Below, one piece after another: positions 28,316-40,536 of a DNA stretch of 64,000 nucleotides (position 1 is its first letter; each line of letters begins with the position of its first letter). This DNA is from an uncultured Gemmatimonadales bacterium. GTDB lineage: Bacteria > Gemmatimonadota > Gemmatimonadetes > Gemmatimonadales > Gemmatimonadaceae. The position numbers and the translations under genes were made by a program. The stretch is from assembly GCA_963707505.1 (NCBI GenBank), contig CAVPQB010000006.1:64001-128000 (forward strand), given 5' to 3'. The notes beneath the pieces were generated by a model. The model had not been told where the DNA came from, made no database searches, and worked only from the letters and a program-made list of their open reading frames with translations.

Positions 28316-30931
28316 ATGCAGCTGACGTCGCTTGATTGGGTGATCGTCGCGGTAAGCCTCTTTCTCTGCTATCTGCCGGCACTGTTTTACATCCGGCGCT
28401 CGCAGTCGAGCGTAGCGGAGTTCTTCACGTCCGGTCAGTCGGCACCGTGGTGGCTGGTCGGCACGTCGATGGTCGCAACAACGTTCAGCACGGACACGCC
28501 GAATCTGGTCACGGACTTCGTGCGCTCGCACGGTGTCTCCTACAACTGGGTCTGGTGGGCGTTCCTGCTCACGGGAATGGCCACCGTCTTCTTCTACGCT
28601 CAGCTGTGGCGTCGCTCGGGCGTTCTCACCGATCTCGAGTTCTACGAGCTGCGCTACTCCGGACGCCCAGCTGCACTCGTGCGCGGATTCCGCGCCGTGT
28701 ACCTCGGCTTCTTCTTCAACATCATGATCATGTCGACGGTGACGCTCGCCGCCGTCAAGATCGCAAACGTGATGCTCGGCTGGGGCCGTCTCGAAACGAT
28801 CGTGATTGCCGGGACGGCCTGCGTGCTGTTTGCCTCGATATCAGGCCTGTGGGGCGTGCTCGCGACTGACATGGTTCAGTTCGCGCTCGCGATGATCGGC
28901 GTGATCGCTGCCGCGTATGTCTCGCTGGATCAACCGGCCGTCGGCGGTCTCGCCGGAATGCTCTCGAAGATCGACCCCAAGACGCTCTCACTCCTTCCCG
29001 ATTTCAACGACACTTCGCTCACTCTCACGGTTCTCGTCATCCCGCTCACAATCCAATGGTGGTCGGTCTGGTACCCGGGTTCGGAGCCTGGTGGCGGTAG
29101 CTACGTTGCGCAGCGCATCCTCGCATCCAAGAACGAGCGTCACGCTCTCGGCGCGACCCTCTGGTTCAACGTTGCGAACTACGCGTTGCGTCCCTGGCCG
29201 TGGATAATCGTCGCGCTCTGTTCCATGCTCGTCTTCCCGACGCTTGGCGACATTCACCGTGCATTGCCAAACGTCGATCCGAAACTTATTGGCAACGATC
29301 TCGCCTATCCGGCGATGCTCACGCTGCTGCCGGTGGGAATGAAAGGGCTGATCATCGCCGCGCTGTTCGCAGCGTACAGATCGACCATGGAAACGCATCT
29401 CAACTGGGGATCATCCTATCTGGTAATCGATTTCTACCAGCGCTTCCTCGCGCCTGGAAAGACCGAGCGCCACTATTTATGGATCTCGCGCTCACTCACC
29501 GCTGTCCTGATGATCGCCGCGGGTGCATTCACCCTGTTTCTATCGACCGCCAGTGACGCATTTCAGCTACTGCTGTCCGTCGGCGCCGGCACGGGGCTCA
29601 TCTATCTGCTCCGCTGGTTCTGGTGGCGGATCAATGCGTGGAGCGAGATATCGGCGATGGCATCGTCGTTCATCGTCGCGATCGGATTCTTCGTGGCGGA
29701 GAAGATGGGTCATGCGGCACCCGAGCCGATGCCGCTTCTTGTCACAGTTGCCGTAACTACTGTGGTCTGGGTGTCAGTCACCGTGTTCACGAGCCCTGCC
29801 GATCACGCGACGCTACTTCGCTTCTACGAGCTCACGCGTCCCGCAGGCCCCGGATGGAAGGCGATTCGTGCGGAGTCCAAAGTAGCCGCCTCACCTGACA
29901 GTCTGCCACAGATGCTGCTCGGCTGGACTTCCGGCGTCATGTTCGTTTACGCAGGTCTGTTCGGAACCGGTAGCATCATCTATGGCCGTACGTTCCAGGC
30001 ATCGATATGGCTTGTCGCTTTCATAGTAAGCGGTGTTGTGCTCATGCAGGTCGTGCGGCGCATCTGGTCGGCTGATGAGCCGGTGCGTAGCAACGACACA
30101 TCCGCGATCGCCGCCAATCGGCCATGCACGAAGGCTGTGATTCTGGCCCGCGGTCTTGGGAAGCGCATGCGCGAGGCCGACACGACTGCTGCACTCGATC
30201 CCGCGCAAGTCGCAGCTGCCGAGTCTGGCATCAAGGGAATGATTCCCATTGGCCGGCCCTTCCTTGATTACGTGCTGAGCTCGCTCGCCGACGCCGGGTT
30301 CACCGATGTCTGCATCGTCGTCGCACCGGATCATGCGGAGATGGAGAGCTACTATACGAGCCACGTCATCCCAAAACGACTGCGCATCTCTTTCGCCGTT
30401 CAGTCCGCGGCGATCGGCACCGCTGACGCTGTGCTGGCAGCCGAGGAGTTTACCGCGGGCGAGCCATTTGTCGTACTCAACTCGGATAACTACTACCCCG
30501 CTGCTCCGCTCACGCGTCTCCGCCTTGCTGATGGACCGGCAACGCTCGGATTCTCGCGCGAGGGACTGTTGCGCGGCAACATTCCAGCTGAGCGCATCGC
30601 GGCATATGCCTTGCTCGACGTTGCGCCCGATGGCAGGCTACGCAAGATATCCGAGAAGCCGGACGCAGCATCGCTCGCTGCGCTGGGCAACGACGTCGAC
30701 GTGAGCATGAATTGCTGGCGCGTTACGTCCGAGTTCTTTCGTGCATGCAGAGACGTACAACCGTCGCCGCGCGGCGAGCTGGAGCTTCCGCTCGCGGTGC
30801 AGTATGCAATCGACATTCTCGGGATGCGCTTCAAGGTCATTCCGGTGAACGCAGCCGTGCTCGATCTCTCCAGACGATCGGACATTCCGCGCGTCGCCGC
30901 TCTGCTCTCGGGGACCGAGGTATCACTCTGA
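28316..30931 (+). CDS. Sodium:solute symporter (SSS) fused to sugar-1-phosphate nucleotidyltransferase
   Basis: N-terminal ~585 aa multi-TM SSS (SMVATTFSTDTP, YVAQRILA); C-terminal KAVILARGLGKRMR, GRPFLDY, GTADAV, LNSDNYY, SPRGELEL in one continuous frame. Confidence 0.85.
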   Translation: MQLTSLDWVIVAVSLFLCYLPALFYIRRSQSSVAEFFTSGQSAPWWLVGTSMVATTFSTDTPNLVTDFVRSHGVSYNWVWWAFLLTGMATVFFYAQLWRRSGVLTDLEFYELRYSGRPAALVRGFRAVYLGFFFNIMIMSTVTLAAVKIANVMLGWGRLETIVIAGTACVLFASISGLWGVLATDMVQFALAMIGVIAAAYVSLDQPAVGGLAGMLSKIDPKTLSLLPDFNDTSLTLTVLVIPLTIQWWSVWYPGSEPGGGSYVAQRILASKNERHALGATLWFNVANYALRPWPWIIVALCSMLVFPTLGDIHRALPNVDPKLIGNDLAYPAMLTLLPVGMKGLIIAALFAAYRSTMETHLNWGSSYLVIDFYQRFLAPGKTERHYLWISRSLTAVLMIAAGAFTLFLSTASDAFQLLLSVGAGTGLIYLLRWFWWRINAWSEISAMASSFIVAIGFFVAEKMGHAAPEPMPLLVTVAVTTVVWVSVTVFTSPADHATLLRFYELTRPAGPGWKAIRAESKVAASPDSLPQMLLGWTSGVMFVYAGLFGTGSIIYGRTFQASIWLVAFIVSGVVLMQVVRRIWSADEPVRSNDTSAIAANRPCTKAVILARGLGKRMREADTTAALDPAQVAAAESGIKGMIPIGRPFLDYVLSSLADAGFTDVCIVVAPDHAEMESYYTSHVIPKRLRISFAVQSAAIGTADAVLAAEEFTAGEPFVVLNSDNYYPAAPLTRLRLADGPATLGFSREGLLRGNIPAERIAAYALLDVAPDGRLRKISEKPDAASLAALGNDVDVSMNCWRVTSEFFRACRDVQPSPRGELELPLAVQYAIDILGMRFKVIPVNAAVLDLSRRSDIPRVAALLSGTEVSL

Positions 30932-32306
30932 CCGATGTAGCGGCCCGTCTCAACGCGGCGGGAATGAGTATCGCGGAATCAGAGGTCAAGGCCCGACGCA
31001 TCGCGCAGCTCGCGCGTGACCTCGCACGGCTCCGCGGTGACGTGCCAGCCGCTGCCGACAATCCGGTGGCCTTCTGGGTGCCGGGACGAATCGAGGTTCT
31101 GGGCAAGCACACCGATTACGGCGGCGGCCGCAGTCTACTTGTGTGCCGTCGAACGCGGAATCTGCATCGTAGCCAGCGCACGGCCGGGACATGCATCGTC
31201 CACGATCACCGCGAACACGGTGCGCATACTCGATGCACGCTCCGGCGACGTCGCGGAGTTGGAACTGTCACCCGACGTCGAGTCGACACCGGGGCATTGG
31301 TCCAACTACGCGATCACCGTTGCGCGCCGTATCGCGATGAACTTTCCCGGTGAGATGCGTGGCGCGGACATCGCATTCGCGAGCGATCTTCCGCCCGCTG
31401 CCGGCGTGAGCAGCTCGAGCGCTCTCGTTGTCGCGTTCTTCCTGGCGCTCTCCGCCATCAACGATCTGCCTGCGCGACAGGAATATCGCGACAACATTCA
31501 GACGCCGGAAGATCTGGCCGGCTACCTCGGCTGCGTCGAGAATGGACTTGATTTCAAGTCACTGCACGGCCGCGCAGGGGTCGGAACGTTCGGAGGAAGC
31601 GAGGACCAGACTGCGATTCTCTGCGCACGACCGAATGCTCTGGTACAGTACTCGTTTCTGTCCCGTAAGATTCGAACGCGCAATCGCGATTCCGAACGAC
31701 CTTACGTTCGTGATCGCGGCGAGCGGCGTACTCGCAGAGAAAACTGGCTCCGCACTGGAGCTCTACAATCGCGTATCACGCCGTCTGAGCGTCGGGCTCG
31801 AATCCTGGAATCGAGCGACTGGCCGGACCGACACGTCGATGGGCGCGGCCGTCGCGTCGTCACCGGATGCCCGGATACGGATCCGGGAAGTACTTCGCAC
31901 CGCTACCGACGAGACGTATCCACCGGAGTCGCTATTACGAAGATTCGACCAGTTTGATACCGAGGCGAACGAGATCATTCCTGCAGCGGCGGACGCGCTC
32001 GCTCGGGGCGACGTCGCTGCATTTGGCACGGCGGTGGCGGAATCCCAGCGCGGAGCGGAGCGCGCGCTGGAGAATCAGATTCCGGAGACGGTCGCGCTGG
32101 TGCGTCGCGCTCGCACGATAGGGGCTGTCGCCGCGTCGGCATTTGGGGCTGGCTTCGGCGGCAGCGTGTGGGCGCTGGTCGACTCAGCATCCGCCGACGA
32201 TTTCCGCCGCGAATGGATGGAGCGCTATCATCTTGCGTTCCCGGAACGTGCAGACCAGTCGGATTTTTTCAGCACGCGTGCCGGCCCCGCGGCGACGGCA
32301 CTGTAG
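30928..32306 (+). CDS. Galactokinase-like GHMP kinase (two frameshifts, near 31140 and 31660)
   Basis: PGRIEVLGKHTDY, ATP loop PPAAGVSSSSA, GAGFGG spread over ORFs 30712, 31016, 31428; start CTG 30928 or ATG 30964. Confidence 0.82.
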
Positions 32307-32346
32307 AGTCGGCGTTTGCTGCGTTCGCCGAGCCGACGAGCCACTG

Positions 32347-35300
32347 TTACTCCGCCCCGCTCCACCGTATGCGATGAATTTCACTCGTCGCGGAATGCTG
32401 CGATAGCGCCGTCAGTATCGCTTCGTACGCACGAATCTGTTTGTTGTACTTGGACTCCCGGGTTGCCCACTCGTCGCCGGTCGCTGCATCGGTCTTCCAA
32501 TCCACGACCAGCCATTCATCATCCGTCAACGCCGCGGCGTCGATCACGCCTTCGGTCAGCATCAACGCAGTGCCATCTTCCCCAACGCGCATGACCGGGA
32601 GCTCGAATCGCGCGCTGCCATTGCGCGTCAATCGCTTCCAGACGTCGGACTGCTGCAGATCGACGATAAGCGCTTCAAGCTGAGCGGCGTGATCATCGCT
32701 CAGTTTTTCATCGGACGCGACGGCTGCAGCGAAGGCACGGAGCGATTGACCTGCCCGTCCGCATCCAGCACCCTCGATGCACCGATGAACTGCGCGTCCC
32801 CAGGCCGCTCCCCGTCCGTTGTCGCGCGGCAGATCATACGTACGAGAGACTCTCGCGTTGCTCCCGTGCCGACTCTGTAACCGTCTGCCGTATGATCGAT
32901 GCTTCGCTTGCTCGCGCTACGCGACCCGTCGCGGCAGCGATGGCGTCGACGATTTCGCGTAGCGTGCGATCCGTAGCACGTCGCCCCGGGCGCCGGAGTC
33001 GGTTGCATTACTGTCTGCCTGCCGATGGCGGTCAGTACATTACCGAACGGCGACCATGCCGACGTGTCCAGCCTGTCTTCGGTTGACGTTTTCAACTTGG
33101 GATATTCGCACCGCGCGATCACCAGCTCGCTCATCGCCCGCGTTGCCGCGACGTAACGCAGTCGCTCGCGTTCCGCGTCTTCAAACCTCGCGTTCTGTAG
33201 CTGCCATCGCAGCCCATCCGGACGGCTTGGCAATCGTGCGTCTCTCGAACGAGACGACGATCCCGCCACTCGCCGAGCCCGACGTCGCCGCGAGTGATGT
33301 GCACTTCGGGAGGGAAATCCGGTACTGGAACCGGAGCCGCCAGGATCACTACCTTCGCTTCCAGACCTTTTGCCTTGTGCAGGTTCATTACGCGAACCGC
33401 ATCGGTCCGACCCGGCCTGAGCGGAGCGTCGTCGGAATCCTGGGTAAGCGAGCAGCTCGATGCGATCCATCGCGTCCGCAATTCCCGACGCACCGGTCAT
33501 CGATGCATCCGCTCAGTGTATCTACGATCCGGAGAAGGGCGCCGGCACGAGCATCGCCGAGCGTCTGGCTCGCGGCGAAGTAGAGCATGCCCCGTGTCGT
33601 CCAGAATCCGCTCCAGAGCACGTCGGCCGCCTGCCGCTGCGAAACCTTCCACCACTCGTGCAATTGGCGCAGCGACCGCGCACCACGATCTGTCGCTTGT
33701 GTCCGGCGGACGCGTCGACTCGGAATCGAATGCCCGGCGTACGCGCGCTTCGTACAGATCCGCCGGTCCACAGCCGAAGAACAGTCCCTCCAGCGCCGCT
33801 ACGACGGCATGGGATTGTCGGGATCGGCAATCGCGCGCAACACCACCAGCAGCTCGGTGAGCTCCTGCTTCCTGCGGGAGCTTCGCACCGGACAGTTGTA
33901 ACCGGAATGTTGCGGGCTGCGAGCGCGCGCGCATAACTGGCACAGGGTGCCGTCGCTCGCGGTGAGTATCAGAAAGTCGCCTGGCACGCATTCTCCACTC
34001 GCACGCGCGCCGCTATCCATGACGCGACTTGCGTAGCGTCGTTCCCGACTATCGACCATTTGTCGCGCTTCTCCGGCCGCACCCAGTACTCGCTCACACC
34101 ATCATCCGCGCCCGCGTCCTTCTCGCGAATGCATTGGCGTGAACGGTGCCTGCACGCCGTCGCGGAGTCGCGACGCGGAAAACACGTCCCTGAAAGTAGC
34201 GATTGACGAAGTCACCGATTGGTGTCACCGAACGAAAGTTGCGCGTCAGCGCAAGCACTACTCCGTGCTCCGCCATACGCGACTTCGCGAATTCATACAC
34301 CTGAATGTCCGCACGCCGAAAGCGATAGATGCTCTGCTTGGGATCACCGACGAGAAATATCCCGCCGGCGCGCGGCGTCACTCTGCGCCAGTCGGTCCCC
34401 TCGGACGATTCGGACGCGAGCAGAAAACACACCTCGGCCTGAATCGGATCAGTGTCCTGAAATTCGTCGACGAGCAGACGTCTGTACCGCTCACCGAGCG
34501 CGTCGCGCACCGCGAGGATGCTCACGCAGCAAGCGTGGCCGAGAGCATCAGCAGATCCTCGAAGCCGAGCTGCCCCGTCTCGTGACGCTCACGCGCGAAG
34601 TCCTGCTGACGCACGCTTGAGAAAGCGCATCACAGGTCGGATATCGACACTCGTACCAGCAGGCGAGCAGCGTCCGCTATCTCGCCGTCAAGCAGCGAGG
34701 CGAAATCCTGCGCCGAGCATCTTCGCCGCGGTTCTGGTCGTCTTGTCGTCGCTCCAGCGTTTCTGCGTGACGCCGCAGGCCGATTGCAGTGATCTGCTCC
34801 AGTGCGGCACAGAACGTCGCGATGTCGCTCCAGTCGTCGCTCGCGGCGCTGGTATTCGAGACGGTTGACCAGAGTCATCAGCGTCATCCCACCCGTCCGC
34901 CGGCTCGTCCTTCGGCATCATCTCATGCGCACGCGCGAGAGTGCCTCGAGCTTGTCTCGACAGGCGGCGCCGTCTCGGTGCGGCCCGTTTCGACGAGCGG
35001 GAAGTCGACGTCCATGTACTTCATGCACGCGTTTGAAACCGTCGTACAGCGACTGTGGCTCGACGCCCATCGCGGCCAGGCTGGCGAGCATCTCGTCGCC
35101 GTTTACTTGCAGCGCTCGAGCCACCGGTTCCAGAACGCGCGGCACAATTCGTCCCATCCGTTGTCGCTTACCTCGGCGAAATTCGGGTCCAGCGAAATTT
35201 CGAGCGGATGCTCGCGAAGAATGCGCGCGCAGAACGAGTGTATCGTGCCAAGAAATGCACGATCGATATCGTGAAGCGCGCGATCGCAGCGTAGCCATGC

Positions 35301-35591
35301 TTCGCTCTCGGGTTCCAGCGCACGCAACTCCGTTTCCAGCTTGATCTGAAACCTCTCCCTCAACTCGTTGGCAGCCTTCCTGGTGAACGTGACAGCCGCG
35401 ATTCGCTCTACGGGCTCCCCACTCACGATAAGAGCGTGCATGCGGCCCGATCAGCGACGTTGTCTTGCCGGAGCCGGCGCCGGCCTCCACGAGCATGTTA
35501 CTGTCGAGATCGGTGAGAATCCGTTGCGCGCGGCGGCCTCGTCACTTGCCGGTGGCGCGTAGTCGTTCCGGAGGACGGTGCCTACGCTCAC
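32347..35591 (-). CDS. addA: AddA-like UvrD helicase/nuclease, heavily frameshifted
   Basis: Motifs in order across fragments: AGAGSGKT, TFTRKAA, TIHSFC, VDEFQDT, VGDPKQSIYRFR, RNFRS, HKAKGLE, YVAATRA, nuclease GVID..DWKT. Confidence 0.85.
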
Positions 35592-38500
35592 GTTGTCTCC
35601 TGTCCGGTGCGGCGCTCCAGCATGCCACTATACGCGTCGATCGTTTCCGCGTTCTCCCGCGCCCACTCGGCACGTGGCGAGCTCACTTTCCCGTATTTGT
35701 CTTCACTGATTCGACAGATCGGCCGCGCGCCGCAGTACTTGCAATCCTTCGGCACTGGTGGTTGCGATGAACGTGCCGTCGCGAACATGCTCCAGCAGCT
35801 GCGTCACTATCGGACGCGCTTCCGCGAGCTCACCGGAATCGTACGTGATAATCTGATTCTGCCCACGCTCCGTAGGAAATCTGTATTCGAAGCGTGCGAC
35901 CGGACCGTCAGCAATTCCTGCAACACGCCGGCGTAGATCGCGGCCTGCAGTTGCCTGCCGCCGTTGAACAGACCCATCTTCGCGATCTTGCGATATCGAA
36001 CCGCTCTTCCCGTCTTGTAGTCGATTACTCGAAACCAGCCCGCGTCCATCGCGTCGATACGATCGACTCTTCCCTTTATCGCAAGCGAGCTTCCGTCAGT
36101 GAGCGAGTAACGTGCGCTTCGTTCATCATTTCCGAAGGCGTACTCGAGATATCGCCAGGTGCCCCCATCGCCAGTGGCGAGTGCATCGCGTTCCATCTGC
36201 AGGAAGGACGACGCGGCGCGCTTCAGCTCGTTCACCTCCTGCTCGAGAACCACATCTCCCGGCGGCGGAACTTCCGCCCGCCAGCGCGCAATGACCTCAC
36301 CTGCAATCACCGCCATCTCCTCTGATGCAGCCGGAGTTGCAAGAGCCCCGCGTCGGCCGAGAAATCGAGTACGCAAACTGCTCGAATATCTCGTGCAACA
36401 GCGCTCCTCGCTGCGCGGAATCGAGCCATGCATCGGGATCATATTCCGGATCTTCGGGCGCGCGGAGCCCCAAGCCATAGTGATAGAACCACGATAGCGG
36501 ACACGCCGCGAGCTGCTCGAGCGCCGACGGTGAGATCGGTCGATCCGGCCTGTTGCGCGGATCCAGTGCTCCCGCAGCACGCCAGGCACCATCCCGGTGA
36601 ATTGCGTGAGCGTCGGCGACTGCGCCTCGATACGCGCTCTGATCCCTGCATCCAGTGCTTGGAAGCATCCGCGCACAAGCGTCTCGCCGTCCAGCAGGAT
36701 CGCGCCAGCAGACAGTGCCCCGAGCCACACGTCTCTCGTGTCGAGCAACTCTGAAATACCTGCAGCACGGTCTGGAACGGCCGAAGCTGGTGACCCCAGA
36801 CGCATCACGCAGGTCCGCATAGGACAGCTTGCTTTCATTGTCGAGTACCCGCCGCAGTCGCAGCATCTCCGGTGCTGGTCCCGCTTCGCCGGAATCCAAA
36901 GATCGTGTTGCGGCGTACGACAGCGTTACACGACCACGCAGCGGATGCCAACGCGCTTCCGATCAGATTGGCGCGCTCCTCACGCCGCTGCATCGTGGTT
37001 GACAGCGCATCGTTCCCAAGCGCCGCCCGAACTGTGTCCGGGATCAGCGGATCCTGTCTCGACGACCCCCCTGTCGCGTCGGCGTCGAATCCGACGAAGA
37101 ACACTCGGGAGCGACCCGTCGTCGCTGCATGCGAGATGTCGGTGAGATGCACCATGCCGCCGGCAGTGCTCCACGGCTTGGAGTCGCTCGTGAAGAGCGG
37201 CCACGCGCGCACATCACTGAGCGCGTCACGCAGCGTCGCAAGCGCCGCTCCGAATGTCGTCTCGACGCCATCGAGATCAGCAAGCTCCTGCAACCGGATA
37301 CGCACACGCTCGAGTGTTTGCAGCTCCGCCTCGCCGTACACGCGCGCAAGAGCGAGCCATCCGAGTGCGGCAGTAGCGAGCGCTGACACGGATGATCTGA
37401 CCATCGTATCACCGCCGCGCTCCGGAACGCGAGGCGTCACTCCGAGAAGCGCCAGCAGCAATGTTCGCAGCGCGGTAGCCGACCGGAGGCCCGATGCGAC
37501 TCGTGCGAGGTATTCGTCGTCCGATTCGTCCGTACGTTGGCGAATCCGTGGATCTGCATCCGACGCCCCCAGCTGTCGCACGGCAGCCTCGTATCGCTCC
37601 CGTCCCCAGCCAATACGAAGCTCACGCAGCACACGAGCTAGAATCACTGGCTCGACATCCATATTCGCGCCCAGTTCTCCCGCCTCCAGCGCTTCTCGCA
37701 GGAGATCGGCGGGCAATCCGTCGCCAAGCCATGTGAAACATCGCTCGAGTATCCGCCCCAACCGTGTCCGCGCGAGCGGGATTCCATGCGACATCGTTCC
37801 ACCGACGCCAATCTGCTGGCACAACACGTCCAGTGCTACTCCATACGCATCAACATTTGTTGATACGATTTCGACGTCGTCCCAACGCCTTCCCTCCGCG
37901 ATCACCCTGCGGAATACCTCTCGCAGCTCGTCGCCGGGAGTTGCCGCCACGAACATGTCGACCGATGGTGACATTGACGTCCACGGAGTCGCCATCGAGT
38001 CTCTGTGCGCCGGATGAGATGAGGCGCGCGAGAAATGCTCCCGGTAATCCATGCTCCGCGAGTGACGGCGCCAGGAGCAGGCGACCCCCAAGACAGTACT
38101 GCGCCTGATCGTCGAAATTCCTGAGAGCGGTCGCGAATACTCCAGCCGAGTCGGTCGTGCCATGCTCGAGCAGAAGCGCCTCGTATTCGCTCAGACACCG
38201 CTGCGACTTGGCGCGCTGGTGAGCCTGTCCACGGTCGCGCGTACGAGTGCGGCGGGCGTCACGCCCCCCACGCGCAGCTCGAGCACCGAATCACGCAACG
38301 TCTCTCGGAATCCCACGCTGCGGCCGAGCAGCGCGAAATCACGGGTGACGACATTCTTCTCGATCGCGATATCCAGCGAGCGATTCACAAGTACGCGAAT
38401 CTTGACGTCGCTGCCGACCTCGACCCCCGCTGCATGCAGTGGCACGAACGCGATCTCACCAGCAATCCGCCGCAGGCTCGTCGCCTGCCAACCGATCCAG

Positions 38501-38655
38501 CCACCGGTGCGGCGTGCCAGCGCGGCGAGCAGCTCGCGCCCGTAGTTCACATCCGGCCCTACGAGGCGCTTGGACTCATAGGGATGTGCCAGCGTCTCCG
38601 ATTCGAGAGACGCGACGAGGCGACTTGCCTCCACGCGCTCGCTCGTCGAGCTCAA
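35588..38655 (-). CDS. addB: AddB-like PD-(D/E)XK nuclease subunit, frameshifted
   Basis: SPSALEQLAACP, GRVDRID..IDYKTG, QAAIY, CKYC..PIC Fe-S cysteines; stop overlaps addA start (GTGA). Confidence 0.8.
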
Positions 38656-38659
38656 AGCG

Positions 38660-40401
38660 TCATTGCTTCCACCCCGCCCCTCGCACCGCCCTTCCCGGCT
38701 TCGCGTTCGTCACCGCCCCATGGCTTACGACGGCGGTCCCGTTCACGAATACATCCTGTATTCCCGCAGACAACTGGTGCGGCCTGTCGTACGTCGCACG
38801 GTCGATCACCGTCTTCGGATCGAGCACCACCACATCTGCGAAGAAACCAGCGCGTAGCTGTCCGCGCTCGCGCAGTCCCAGCCTGTCGGCCGGCAACGAC
38901 GTCATCTTCCGAACGGCATCCTCCAGCGTGAGCAGCTTCTGCTCGCGAACGTATCGCCCGAGTATACGCGGGAAGCTTCCGTACGCGCGCGGATGCGTGA
39001 GTCCCTTGAGCGAGTCCGCTGGATTCCATGCTTCGGCATCGGTGCCGAACATCATCCACGGCTTCTGCATCTCCATTGCAACGTTGGATTCGTTCATCGA
39101 GAACGTCACGCGACCTGGCGTATCGCCTGCAAGCAGTATCTCGACGACTGCGTGCTGCCATGTAGTTCCCATCGACTTGGCGATCTCCGACAGTCGTTTG
39201 CCCTCGTACTTCTTGAATTGGGGCTTCGTGAATCCGACCACCATTATCTGATCCGGCGCGATTCCCTGACAATCGGCAGTGACTCCCGAGCGACGCGTCG
39301 GCCATCTCGCGCTCGATGCGCGCACTCTTGGTCGAATCACGCAGATTCTCCAGTAGCTTTCCATTTGCGGATACATACGGTGGAACGCAGGACGCCAACC
39401 CGTTGGACGATGCAGGATACGGATACATCGTCGCTGTCACGTCCTCTCCCGCCGCGCGCGCCGAATCGATCTTCGCAAGCAGCGCCGGCTCCTTGAACCA
39501 GTTCCTGGGCCCTGCCGCCTTTAGATGGTAGAGAATCACTGGCACTCCGCCCTCGCGCCCGATCCGCATGGCTTCATCGGTCGCTTCAAGAAGCGAGTCA
39601 TCCTCCGAGCGCATGTGCGTGATGTACGTTCCGTGAAATGGAGACATCGCGCGCGCGATCTCTATCAGCTCCGGCGTGCCTGCGTATGAGCCCGGCGGAT
39701 AGATCAGCGCGCTCGCAACCCCAAACGCGCCATCACGCATCGCGTCGCGAACGACTCGGCGCATCGTATCGAGCTGCGCCGCGGAAGGCGCTCCAGGCGC
39801 CGCACCCATCGCGTACGCGCGCACGGTCTCCGCGCCGAGATACGAACCGACGTTAACCGCAACGCCGTGATGCTCCATCGCATCCAGCCACGCGCTGAAC
39901 CCGTGCTCTCCGGTGAATCCGTGCATCGCACGTATCATCGCCGTATCTGATGACGACGCCGTTGCAGAATCCAACGCCAATATCTTCTCGTTCGCCGGCG
40001 CCGGCGTGCTGCCCTCACCGAGTATTTCGGATGTGACGCCCTGCGTGATCTTGCTGATCGCGCGACCATCTCCATTCACGAACGCGTCGGCAGATTGCCC
40101 CTGCATGTCGATGAAGCCGGGTGTGACTACGAAGCCCTCTTGCGTCGATGCGATGTGTCGCCTTCGCGGAGTCGAGCGCGTGTGGCGGCGCTACAGCGGC
40201 GATCCGGTCACCGCGAATTGCTACGTCCGCGTAATACCACGGATTACCGGTCCCATCCACTACTCGGCCGTTGGCTATGATGACGTCGAACGGGCCGGAG
40301 AAATCGGTAGGCGTAGAAGTGCTGCCCGTACCAGCCCGCGTACAACCGCCAAGGAGAAGGATCGTCGCCAGCCACCCGGCACCACACCGAACTTTGTGCA
40401 T
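38660..40401 (-). CDS. N-acyl-D-amino-acid deacylase (amidohydrolase), lipoprotein, frameshifted
   Basis: LGGC lipobox, IANGRVVDGTGNP, PGFIDM, THMRSE, YHLK, HPRAYGSFPR, GFFADVVV across three ORFs. Confidence 0.85.
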
Positions 40402-40462
40402 TTCACACCCCGAAGAATGACGCGCAAAACATAGACGTCGCTTCGTGCACTGTGCAAGATGC

Positions 40463-40499
40463 AAACGGCGGCGAGATCGATGTTTCGGTCTCGCCGCCG
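40463..40499 (-). terminator. Hairpin, possible terminator after M14 gene
   Basis: CGGCGGCGAGA / TCTCGCCGCCG inverted repeat with short T run on minus strand. Confidence 0.5.
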
Positions 40500-40536
40500 G
40501 ATGTCGCCCTAAAAACCCAGTTTCAGTTTGTGAGAC

